Assembly: GCA_964516135.1 (NCBI GenBank)
Contig: CAZEWN010000013.1
Coordinates: forward strand, 1,251-65,250
Reading direction: 5' to 3'
DNA length: 64,000 bases
Source of the DNA: an uncultured Erythrobacter sp.
GTDB taxonomy: Bacteria > Pseudomonadota > Alphaproteobacteria > Sphingomonadales > Sphingomonadaceae
Each line of letters begins with the position of its first letter. Position 1 is the first letter of the stretch. The position numbers and the translations under genes were made by a program. Positions 49,463-57,187 of the stretch are shown here, in pieces. The notes beneath the pieces were generated by a model, which saw only the letters and a list, made by a program, of their open reading frames with translations, was not told where the DNA came from and did no database searches.

Positions 49463-50725
49463 ATGATGCGGGCCAGCTTTCTAATACTTGCCATTCTAGC
49501 GGCGGGATGCACGTCACCCGGCTCAGTTACACGCACGCTGGCCCCGCCGTACCCTGAAGGCGACGAAGAGGTGTTCGCACAGAGGCAGCAACAATACCGC
49601 TCCTCTGTCGGCGCACAGGGGCGGCTGGGCGGCTACGACCCGGTGGAGCCTGTAATCGGCGCCGCGATACCGCATCCGATCGCCACTGCGGTCGCGCCAG
49701 CCCTGTCAGATGCAGCCTTGGACGAGGCTGAAACCTATGCTGCCGCACGGCGAAGCTCGTCATTTCTGGTTTGGATGAACGGCGCGCTCCAGCGAGAACG
49801 ATATTTTGGTGATGCGGATTCGTCGACCCCGATCGTATCAAAGGCGCTGGCCAAACCCCTCGCAACTATCGTGATCGGTCGTGCGATCCAGCTTGGCATG
49901 ATCCAATCAGTCGACGAACCAGCGGCGAATTACATCACCGAATGGCGGGATGATCCTGTGCGATCGCGCATCACCATCCGCCACTTGCTCGAAATGCGGT
50001 CCGGTTTGCTGGCGCAATCGTTTGGCCCGGATGCACCGTCTATCCTCGAACGTGCTTACTTGCATCCCCGACACGATTCGGTGATGGTGTACGAATACCC
50101 CGTCACCGATCAACCCGGCGAGCGGTTTGAGTACTCCAACGTCACCACCGACCTGATCGCATTGGTCATAGAGCGCGCTACTGGACGGCGCTATGCTGAC
50201 TTCCTCGGCGGTGAGTTATTGCAGCGTATCGGAGCGGCGGGCGGCCATGTATGGGTCAATAGACCTGGCGGGCTGGCGCACTCGGGATGCTGCATCCTGT
50301 TGCCCGCGCGAACATGGCTTAAGGTCGGGGTTCTGCTGATGGAAGGTGGCGTCTGGCAGGGGCGGCGACTTGTCCCCTTCGATTTCGTCCGCGCGATGAG
50401 CACGGCGACACCGCAGAATCCACACTTTGGTATGGGATTGTGGGTAGCGGGTCCATATGTGGAGCGGCGGGGCTTCCTTCATCCCTCGCAAGAATTGGGC
50501 CGGGTGTTGCATTCGGCCCCCTACCTTGATGCAGACCTTTCGCTGTTTGACGGCAACGGCAATCAGGTGATGTACCTCATTCCGTCGATGCGAATGATAA
50601 TTCTGCGAACGGGCGAGTTTCCACCCGTCGAGTTGGAGTGGGACAACAGCTACTTACCCAACATTTTGATTGCCGACGCCGCGCGGCAAGGTGACGTGCC
50701 GATGCCAAGGCCGCAATCGCGGTAA
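49463..50725 (+). CDS. Beta-lactamase-fold (serine hydrolase family) lipoprotein lacking the canonical S-x-x-K nucleophile
   Basis: It has the lipobox LAILAAGC. The PF00144-like layout includes ...ITIRHLLEMRSGL..., a Y-S-N motif and an H-S-G motif. The expected S-x-S-K position reads I-V-S-K (49832-49843). Confidence 0.8.
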   Translation: MMRASFLILAILAAGCTSPGSVTRTLAPPYPEGDEEVFAQRQQQYRSSVGAQGRLGGYDPVEPVIGAAIPHPIATAVAPALSDAALDEAETYAAARRSSSFLVWMNGALQRERYFGDADSSTPIVSKALAKPLATIVIGRAIQLGMIQSVDEPAANYITEWRDDPVRSRITIRHLLEMRSGLLAQSFGPDAPSILERAYLHPRHDSVMVYEYPVTDQPGERFEYSNVTTDLIALVIERATGRRYADFLGGELLQRIGAAGGHVWVNRPGGLAHSGCCILLPARTWLKVGVLLMEGGVWQGRRLVPFDFVRAMSTATPQNPHFGMGLWVAGPYVERRGFLHPSQELGRVLHSAPYLDADLSLFDGNGNQVMYLIPSMRMIILRTGEFPPVELEWDNSYLPNILIADAARQGDVPMPRPQSR

Positions 50726-50786
50726 TCACCGACCTGATCAGGATCCGGAATGCTGGAGGTGAATGCTACCACCGCGCGAATTATGG

Positions 50787-50862
50787 TGGTGAGCCCTGCA
50801 GGATTCGAACCTGCGACCCACTGATTAAAAGTCAGTTGCTCTACCGACTGAGCTAAGGGCCC
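50787..50862 (-). tRNA. tRNA-Lys (UUU)
   Basis: 76 nt with acceptor gggccct/agggctc (one G-U pair), anticodon loop cuUUUaa, T-arm gcaggttcgaatcctgc and an encoded CCA. Confidence 0.95.
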
Positions 50863-50876
50863 ACACCACCGGGCGG

Positions 50877-51371
50877 TCACCTAGGCAGGGGGCGCGGGCG
50901 GGTCAAGCGGCGATGGAGCTGGGCGAGGGTGAGTCCGGTCAGTGGATCGCGCCAGCCTGGCGCAATCACGCGCGCTGGACCGAGCACGAAGCCGCGGGCG
51001 CGGAACCGAGGGTGGGGGAGGGTCAGACGCGGGTCGCGCCACGCCCCGCCGCTCCATAGGACGAGGTCAAGGTCGAGTACGCGCGCCGTCCAGCGCTGGC
51101 CGCGTCGGCGGCGCCCGAAGCGACGCTCGATCCGTTGGAGCAACGCCAGCATGGCGCCGGGATCGCGGCCAGTTTCCACTAATGCGGCTGCATTGGCGAA
51201 CGTGCGGCGCGAGGGACCGATGGGGACGGTCTCCACCACGGGCGAAGCCGCGAGCACGGCCACATTGGCGCGCGCAAGCTCCGCCAGTGCCGCAGCGATC
51301 ACCCGCTTTGGCGCGCCGTGGCGCCGATGGCGCATGTTGCCGCCCAGCGCGACGAGGTAGCGGTGGTTCAG
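50877..51371 (-). CDS. folK: 2-amino-4-hydroxy-6-hydroxymethyldihydropteridine diphosphokinase (HPPK)
   Basis: ...LDLDLVLW...LTLPHPRFRARGFVLGP... are HPPK motifs. The conserved N-terminal strand (R)YLVALGGN lies upstream of the only ATG (51335). The frame has no ATG, GTG or TTG further upstream, so the 5' end is set at CTG 51369-51371, overlapping the aguB stop. Confidence 0.8.
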   Translation of the reverse strand: MNHRYLVALGGNMRHRRHGAPKRVIAAALAELARANVAVLAASPVVETVPIGPSRRTFANAAALVETGRDPGAMLALLQRIERRFGRRRRGQRWTARVLDLDLVLWSGGAWRDPRLTLPHPRFRARGFVLGPARVIAPGWRDPLTGLTLAQLHRRLTRPRPLPR

Positions 51372-52219
51372 ACGTCCTCGCAGATGCGGGTGTAGAGCTG
51401 CGGTCGCCGGTCGCGGAAGAAGCCCATGCCCGCGCGGTGGGTGGCAGCCTCAGCCAAATCGAGCGTAGCCACCAGCACGCCGCTTTCCTCGCCGCCGAAT
51501 TCGCACACGAAATCGCCCCATTCGTTGGCGATGAAGCTGTGGCCGTAGAATCTCTGGCCGTCTTCGGTGCCGATGCGGTTGGCGGCGATCACCGGCATGC
51601 AGTTGGATACCGCATGGCCCTGCATCGCCCGGCGCCACATCCGGCTCGTATCAAGGTCGCTATCATAGGGTTCGCTGCCAATGGCAGTCGGATAGAATAG
51701 CACTTCGGCGCCCTTGAGCGCCATCACGCGCGCGCATTCGGGATACCACTGGTCCCAGCAAATACCGACGCCGATCCGGGTACCCATCACGTCCCACACC
51801 TTGAACCCGTCGTTGCCGGGGCGGAAGTAGTACTTCTCTTCGTAGCCCGGTCCGTCGGGGATATGACTCTTGCGGTAGGTACCCCGGATCTCGCCACGAT
51901 CGTCGATCATGGCGAGAGTGTTGTAGTAGTGGTGCCCATCGCGCTCGAAGAAGCTGGTCGGGATCGCCACTTTCAGCTTGGCCGCCAGCTTGCGCATCGC
52001 GATCACCGAGGGGTGTTCGCCGAGAGGGCGGGCGAGGGCGAAGCAAGCCTCGTCCTCCAGCTTGCAGAAGTATTCGCCGCTGAACAGTTCGGGCGGCAGG
52101 ATGATCTGCGCACCCCGCGCGGCCGCCTGCTCGACCAGTTCGCCGACGGCGGCGATGTTGTCCGCCTCGTCGGGTGCATTGAGCGCCAGTTGCAGCGCGG
52201 CGACGGTGATCTGGGTCAT
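51368..52219 (-). CDS. aguB: N-carbamoylputrescine amidase (carbon-nitrogen hydrolase family)
   Basis: ITVAALQ...GAQIILPPELF...YRKSHIPDGPGYEEKYYF.PG...GVGICWDQWYPE...YPTAIGSEP...FRDRRPQLY. Confidence 0.85.
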   Translation of the reverse strand: MTQITVAALQLALNAPDEADNIAAVGELVEQAAARGAQIILPPELFSGEYFCKLEDEACFALARPLGEHPSVIAMRKLAAKLKVAIPTSFFERDGHHYYNTLAMIDDRGEIRGTYRKSHIPDGPGYEEKYYFRPGNDGFKVWDVMGTRIGVGICWDQWYPECARVMALKGAEVLFYPTAIGSEPYDSDLDTSRMWRRAMQGHAVSNCMPVIAANRIGTEDGQRFYGHSFIANEWGDFVCEFGGEESGVLVATLDLAEAATHRAGMGFFRDRRPQLYTRICEDV

Positions 52220-52230
52220 GGCACGCGCGC

Positions 52231-53007
52231 CTATGCCGGGCGCAAGGCGAAGTCTACCTGGATATAGACCTCGCTGCGGGTGGTGCCGGTCATCAGGCCG
52301 GGCGAGCCCTGTTCGGGCATCGGCATGGCGACCGGCGGCGGCGGCGGGGGTGCGACCGGCACGCTGGCGGCCGCCGCTTCGGCTGCGGTCGCGTCGGCCC
52401 CGCGAAGCCATGCCTGGCCCTGCGTGCCGCCCGCGTCGCGGATGTAGAGCACGCGCGCGATCTCCATGTCCGCCGCTTCGGCATAGGCCTCGGCCCGGCG
52501 CCGTGCGGCCTTGTAGGCATTGGCATAGGCCTGGTTCGCCGCCGTTTCGGGATCGGCCATCGACAGGTTGGGGCCGGACACGATGTTGGCGCCCGCCTCG
52601 GTCACCGCCGTCACCGCCGCGCCCGCGCGCGACGCGTCGCGCAGCGTCACCTCGACCACGTTGGCGGCCTGGAACTGGCCGCGCCGGTCGCCATAATCGA
52701 TCCGGTTGACGCTGACTGCGCGCGTTTGGATGTCCCGCTCGGCCACGCCCAGTTCGCGCAGCGCGGCAACGATCTCGGCGATCTTTTCGCCATTCGCTTC
52801 GCTCGCGGCGCGGGCGCTGACGGCCCAGGTCTCGATCCCGGCCTGGAATTGCGCACGGTCGGGCCGCGTCTCGGCCCGGCCGCTTGCGCTGACCGAGAGC
52901 AGCGTTTCGTCGCGATCGATCCCGCGTGCGCCATCCGCGCCGCTGCCACAGGCGGCAAGCGCCAGGGCGAGTGATGCGGCGATGGCGGTGCGACCCGGCT
53001 CCATCAT
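52231..53007 (-). CDS. SIMPL (DUF541) domain lipoprotein
   Basis: It has the lipobox LALALAACG. The SIMPL-type core reads ...LSVSASGRAE..PD.AQF..G... and the C-terminal tract is Pro-rich (APPPPPPVAMP). The start overlaps the upstream stop. Confidence 0.8.
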   Translation of the reverse strand: MMEPGRTAIAASLALALAACGSGADGARGIDRDETLLSVSASGRAETRPDRAQFQAGIETWAVSARAASEANGEKIAEIVAALRELGVAERDIQTRAVSVNRIDYGDRRGQFQAANVVEVTLRDASRAGAAVTAVTEAGANIVSGPNLSMADPETAANQAYANAYKAARRRAEAYAEAADMEIARVLYIRDAGGTQGQAWLRGADATAAEAAAASVPVAPPPPPPVAMPMPEQGSPGLMTGTTRSEVYIQVDFALRPA

Positions 53008-53870
53008 CCCGCTTTGCGGAACAGCAAGGTCATGCGGTCGCTTTCGCCCTTGCCCTTCAGGTCCTCGCGCTTCGTCCGCAGGATCGGGGGCATTTCCCAC
53101 ACACCGTCGGCATGGTCGGCAGTGTCGTTCGGATTTGCGTTGATCTCGCTCTTGCCGACCAGTTCGAACCCGTTCAGGCGCAGAAGCGCGATCACGTCGT
53201 CCTCGCGCATATAGCCCTTGGTACCGTTGGCGTAGCTCCACGGCGCATCGGACCTCGCCCGGTGCTGCTCGATTCCTAGCATTCCGTCGTCCTTGAGCAG
53301 GTCGCGCATGGCTTTCAATTCACTGTCGGCGATATTGCGCTGATGCAAGTTGTGCATCATCCGGGGCACGATGATCCGGTCGAAGGTCCCCTTGTGCTCG
53401 GAGGGCACCGCGTCGAGGGTATGGGCTGCGAACCGGTCGACGGGTAGCCCAGTGAAACCAGCGACGTCGGCCGGGAACTTGGCGGCGGCGGCGCGGAGCC
53501 GCTCCTGCGCGGCGGCGTCGCCAACCGCGCTGGACGAGAAGAACAAGCCGACAAGCTGACCCTCACCCCCGAGGTAATGACCGAGCAGACGCGAGAACCA
53601 CTGGCCGCCGGGCGCGTATTCGCCAACCTTCATATCCGGGGCTATCTGCCAGAACGCGAGGGTGTCGGCAGGATGGCGGAAGGCATCGCGTGCGCGGTCC
53701 TCTGCGCGGGTGGGATGGTTGATCGCGCCCGACAGCGCCTCGGCATGCTGTGCCTTGAAAGTGGCGGGGTCGGTCGCGCCGTGCCCGGCATGCGCCGTTC
53801 CCGCGTGATGGTCGGCGAGTGCCGGGGCGGCGAAAGCCAGCGCGGCGGCAGCGGCATAGAGGATACGCAT
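53004..53870 (-). CDS. Signal-peptide-bearing class I SAM-dependent methyltransferase-like protein
   Basis: MRILYAAAAALAFAAPALA is followed by the His-rich ADHHAGTAHAGHG. The Rossmann-type core reads ...VGEYAPGGQWFSRLL.... Family assignment is moderate. Confidence 0.65.
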   Translation of the reverse strand: MRILYAAAAALAFAAPALADHHAGTAHAGHGATDPATFKAQHAEALSGAINHPTRAEDRARDAFRHPADTLAFWQIAPDMKVGEYAPGGQWFSRLLGHYLGGEGQLVGLFFSSSAVGDAAAQERLRAAAAKFPADVAGFTGLPVDRFAAHTLDAVPSEHKGTFDRIIVPRMMHNLHQRNIADSELKAMRDLLKDDGMLGIEQHRARSDAPWSYANGTKGYMREDDVIALLRLNGFELVGKSEINANPNDTADHADGVWEMPPILRTKREDLKGKGESDRMTLLFRKAG

Positions 53871-53972
53871 CGTGTCTCTCCCTGGGGAATCCGGATGGCG
53901 CACCTTAGGCGTGGGGCGGGCGATGACAAGGCCGCTCGCGCATCCTATCTGCCCGGGCGAAGGAGAATTTCA

Positions 53973-54512
53973 GTGAGCGAGCAGGAACAGGCAATCGTCG
54001 CTGGCGGATGCTTCTGGTGCACCGAGGCGGTATTTCGCGATGTCGTCGGCGTTAACGCGGTCGAGAGCGGCTATATTGGCGGGGCCAAGGCCAACCCGAC
54101 CTACAAGGAAGTGTGCAGCGGCACGACCGGTCATGCAGAGGCGATCCGGGTAACATACAATCCGGCGACGCTGTCCTACGGCGACCTCATCGACGTGTTC
54201 ATGGGCACGCACGATCCGACGCAGCTGAACCGCCAGGGCGGGGACGTCGGCACACAATACCGCAGCGCAATCTTTCCGCTGGATGACGCGCAGCGGGCTG
54301 AGGCAAAGGCAGGGATCGCGCGCTGGAACGAGGAACATCCTGGCCAGAGCGCGGTAACCACGATCGAAGGGCCGGCACAGTGGTATCCGGCGGAAGATTA
54401 TCACCAGGAATACTGGGAGGGCGAGGGCCAGCGGAACCCCTATTGCCTCGCGGTTATCCCCCCCAAGCTCCAAAAACTAAGGAAAAGCTTCGCGGCCCGC
54501 GTCAAGGCCTAG
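53973..54512 (+). CDS. msrA: Peptide-methionine (S)-S-oxide reductase
   Basis: AIVAGGCFWCTEAVF...GY.GG...PTY.EVCSG.TGHAE...HDPT..NRQG.D.G.QYRS. The GTG start follows an aaggag RBS. Confidence 0.95.
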   Translation: MSEQEQAIVAGGCFWCTEAVFRDVVGVNAVESGYIGGAKANPTYKEVCSGTTGHAEAIRVTYNPATLSYGDLIDVFMGTHDPTQLNRQGGDVGTQYRSAIFPLDDAQRAEAKAGIARWNEEHPGQSAVTTIEGPAQWYPAEDYHQEYWEGEGQRNPYCLAVIPPKLQKLRKSFAARVKA

Positions 54513-54525
54513 CGAAGGGGTGGAC

Positions 54526-54546
54526 GGGGTGGGCGATGCCCACCCC
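54526..54546. terminator. 9-bp GC hairpin between convergent msrA and the ompA-like gene
   Basis: ggggtgggc gat gcccacccc. Neither strand has a U-tract, so termination function is uncertain. Confidence 0.35.
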
Positions 54547-54555
54547 GCGGCATCC

Positions 54556-55440
54556 TTAGAACCCGTCGACAGCCTTGCTGACGAGGATATTGACCGCGAC
54601 ACGGCGATTCTGCGCCTTGCCTTCCTCGGTCGAATTGTCAGCCGCCGGATCGGCTTCGGCCATGCCCGTCGGCGTCAGCATGCGGAACGGCTTCCAGCCG
54701 CATTGCTGCTGCAGGTAATTCACCACCCTGGTCGCGCGGCGTTCGCTAAGTTCCTGGTTGAATTCATAATCACCGGTGGAGTCGGTGTAGCCGACAACCA
54801 GCAGCAGTGCATTGTCCATCGAATTTGCCTGGTTGGCTGCCGCGCAAAGCTCTGCCTGCGCCTGGCTGGACAGGTTGTGCTTGCCGGTATCGAAGAACAC
54901 GTTGGTCGTGCCCTTGATGTTGTACTGGTCGATGTCGCCCACACGGCCGCGCAGTGCTTCGGTGGCGGCGGTCTGCTCGGCGAACCCCTGCGCGGTGCCG
55001 CTGCGAATCATTGACGCGGTGCGCAAGTCGCGGCTCTTCAGATCGACGCGGCTGGCGATCAGCCCGTCGCCCCACTGTACTGTTTTGACCGTCACCGGCA
55101 GACCGTTGAGCAGCGATTGGGTGCCCAGCTTGTCACGCGACAGGCCCAGGAAACCACCGCTGGACTTCACTTCAGTCGCCTGACCCACCGCAATTGTGGT
55201 ACTGGTGCTGCCATCGGCGCTGGTGACCTGCATGCGCTCACCGCTGCGCGCGGAAATGATGCCTTCGATGTCCGGACCTTCAGGCAGACCGGACAGATCA
55301 GTCGGTAACGAGCCGTAAACGGTCGTCATGACCTCGCCGTCGGTCGGATCCTGCTGCTGTGCAGACAAACCGCTGGTGGCGGGCAGTGCGAGCATGGCGA
55401 GCGCCAGCAGTGCGGTGGAGGAATTGGGAACGGTACGCAT
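54556..55440 (-). CDS. OmpA-family (peptidoglycan-binding) envelope protein
   Basis: It has a signal peptide and the C-terminal OmpA-like domain NVFFDTGKHNLS...LLVVGYTDSTGDYEFNQELSERRA..V...L....NRRV. The RBS is gaaggag. Confidence 0.85.
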   Translation of the reverse strand: MRTVPNSSTALLALAMLALPATSGLSAQQQDPTDGEVMTTVYGSLPTDLSGLPEGPDIEGIISARSGERMQVTSADGSTSTTIAVGQATEVKSSGGFLGLSRDKLGTQSLLNGLPVTVKTVQWGDGLIASRVDLKSRDLRTASMIRSGTAQGFAEQTAATEALRGRVGDIDQYNIKGTTNVFFDTGKHNLSSQAQAELCAAANQANSMDNALLLVVGYTDSTGDYEFNQELSERRATRVVNYLQQQCGWKPFRMLTPTGMAEADPAADNSTEEGKAQNRRVAVNILVSKAVDGF

Positions 55441-55586
55441 AAGTCACTCCTTCAAGAATTCCGGTCAGCCGGCGTCGCAGCCAGTAGTCGCGATCACCCC
55501 CCTTTGCCGCCTGATCGGTCGTCGAAGCCCCCTTGGTACAAAGCTGAATGCATCGTCGGTATCGCGCCACGGCGGCACGGACCGCC

Positions 55587-55630
55587 CGCGTGTTCATGAT
55601 CACCTGTCCCGCGGATGAACATGCGCGGGA
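55587..55630 (-). other. Interlocking inverted repeats (possible H-type pseudoknot or alternative hairpins) in the 304-nt spacer upstream of the ompA-like gene
   Basis: On the plus strand, tgttcat (55591-97) pairs with atgaaca (55615-21), and tcccgcg (55607-13) pairs with cgcggga (55624-30). On the transcribed minus strand the loops are 2, 1 and 9 nt. Confidence 0.3.
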
Positions 55631-55744
55631 TCCGGGGCCATTGTGCCGGTGATGCGGGCGCGGGGTGCGGCGAACCGCCGTTAGTCGCGGTTATCTGGCT
55701 TGCCAGTAACCGTGTACCTGCGCGGCGGGGGCCGAGTCCCTCCG

Positions 55745-56980
55745 TCAGCCAACGCGCCATCGCGCGATGAAAAAACCATCGAGGCCGCCCGCTTCGACCA
55801 ACATCCCGGGATGTGTCCGCAGCCACCCTTCGCTCGTTGGCGTCAGCCCTGCCGGCAATTCCGTCGCGATGATCGGATCAGGTGTCAGCGGGACAGAGAG
55901 CGCTCGGTCGGCGCCCTCTTCGCGCTCAAGCGAGCAGGTGGCGTAAACGAGCCTGCCGCCCGGCGCCAGCCAATCGGCTGCGCGCGTCAGCAGCTCCGCT
56001 TGCAATGCGGCCATCTCCGCGATCTCGCCTGCCCGCACTCGGTGGAGCACGTCGGGATGCCGCCGCGCAGTGCCGGTGGCGGAGCACGGTGCGTCGAGCA
56101 GTATCGCGTCAAAGCGATGCCTGGGTTCCCAGGCAAGCGCATCGGCGCGAACGATACCGGCCTTGAGGCCGGTACGCCTCAGATTTTCGCGCAGCAGCTC
56201 GAGTCGTCGCTTGGATATATCGAGCGCGGCCACATCCCAGCCGGCTGCGGCCAGTTGCAGGGTCTTGCCACCCGGAGCGGCGCAAAGGTCGAGTACGCGG
56301 CGTCCCTCGCCACGCCCAAGCAACCGGGCGGGAAGCGACGCGGCAATGTCCTGAACCCACCACGCCCCCTCGGCGAACCCTGACAGCTTCTCGACGTTAC
56401 CGCCGCGCGGGAGACGCACGTGACCGGGGGCGATGCTGTCGCCGCCCAGCTGGTTGGCCCAGTGCGCTGTCTGCGACCAGTCCCGCAATGCAAGGTCTAG
56501 CGGCGGCGGCTCGGCCAATCCCGCGGCGATCGCGGGCGCGATTGCACCCCAGCGCGCGGCTACTTCCGCGGGTAGCGCAGGTGCGGCGGGCAGCTCCGCG
56601 ACGCGCTTGGTTAGCGTGGCGAACACGCCGTGCGCCAGGCGGCGGGGGCCGCCGCTGAGGAGGTCGAGCCCGGTCGCGACGACTGCGTGCGGCGGGGTCC
56701 CGAGGCGAAGCCACTGCGCCAGCATCAGCCGCAGGACCATGCGTGGCTTGGCGTCCGGCGGGAGGGGCCGGGCTGTGGCGCTGTCGATCAGCGTGTCGAG
56801 GTCGACGAGCCAGCGCAACGTTTCGCTCGCTATCGCGCGGGCGAGCGCCCTGTCCTCGAACTTACGCACGTCCGCGGTCGCGGGGGCGAACGCCTGATCG
56901 AGCGTCTCGCCCCGGCGCAGCACCGCGTCGAGCAGGCGCAGCGCGGCCTTGCGCGCGTGAATACCGGAGGGTTGGGCCAT
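55745..56980 (-). CDS. rsmB: 16S rRNA (cytosine-C5)-methyltransferase, RsmB/NOP family
   Basis: ...VLDLCAAPGGKT...ILLDAPCSATGTARRHPD...LVYATCSL.... The start is at MAQPSGIHARK (56980). Confidence 0.85.
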   Translation of the reverse strand: MAQPSGIHARKAALRLLDAVLRRGETLDQAFAPATADVRKFEDRALARAIASETLRWLVDLDTLIDSATARPLPPDAKPRMVLRLMLAQWLRLGTPPHAVVATGLDLLSGGPRRLAHGVFATLTKRVAELPAAPALPAEVAARWGAIAPAIAAGLAEPPPLDLALRDWSQTAHWANQLGGDSIAPGHVRLPRGGNVEKLSGFAEGAWWVQDIAASLPARLLGRGEGRRVLDLCAAPGGKTLQLAAAGWDVAALDISKRRLELLRENLRRTGLKAGIVRADALAWEPRHRFDAILLDAPCSATGTARRHPDVLHRVRAGEIAEMAALQAELLTRAADWLAPGGRLVYATCSLEREEGADRALSVPLTPDPIIATELPAGLTPTSEGWLRTHPGMLVEAGGLDGFFIARWRVG

Positions 56981-57061
56981 TGCGGGCGCCCTAGCGGTGG
57001 TTGAAACCGCACGCCAGAGCGCGCATGTCTGATGCATGCAACGCGCGACCAAACGGCCCCA

Positions 57062-57135
57062 GGGTTTCGAGAAGCCCCCCCATTGGACCAGTGATCCCCC
57101 GCCGTTGCCGGAAAAGGTCGCGAATGGCGAAACCC
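57062..57135 (-). other. 74-nt compound imperfect hairpin between the P450 gene and rsmB
   Basis: P1 is gggtttcg/cgaaaccc, P2 is ccatt-gacc/ggtc-aatgg with small bulges, and the apical stem is ccg-GCAA-cgg (a GNRA loop on the minus-strand transcript). No U-tract follows. Confidence 0.3.
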
Positions 57136-57187
57136 TCAGCCCGACACGCTATGGCGATTGGGTGAAAGATGGGATCGCCGTCGACTT

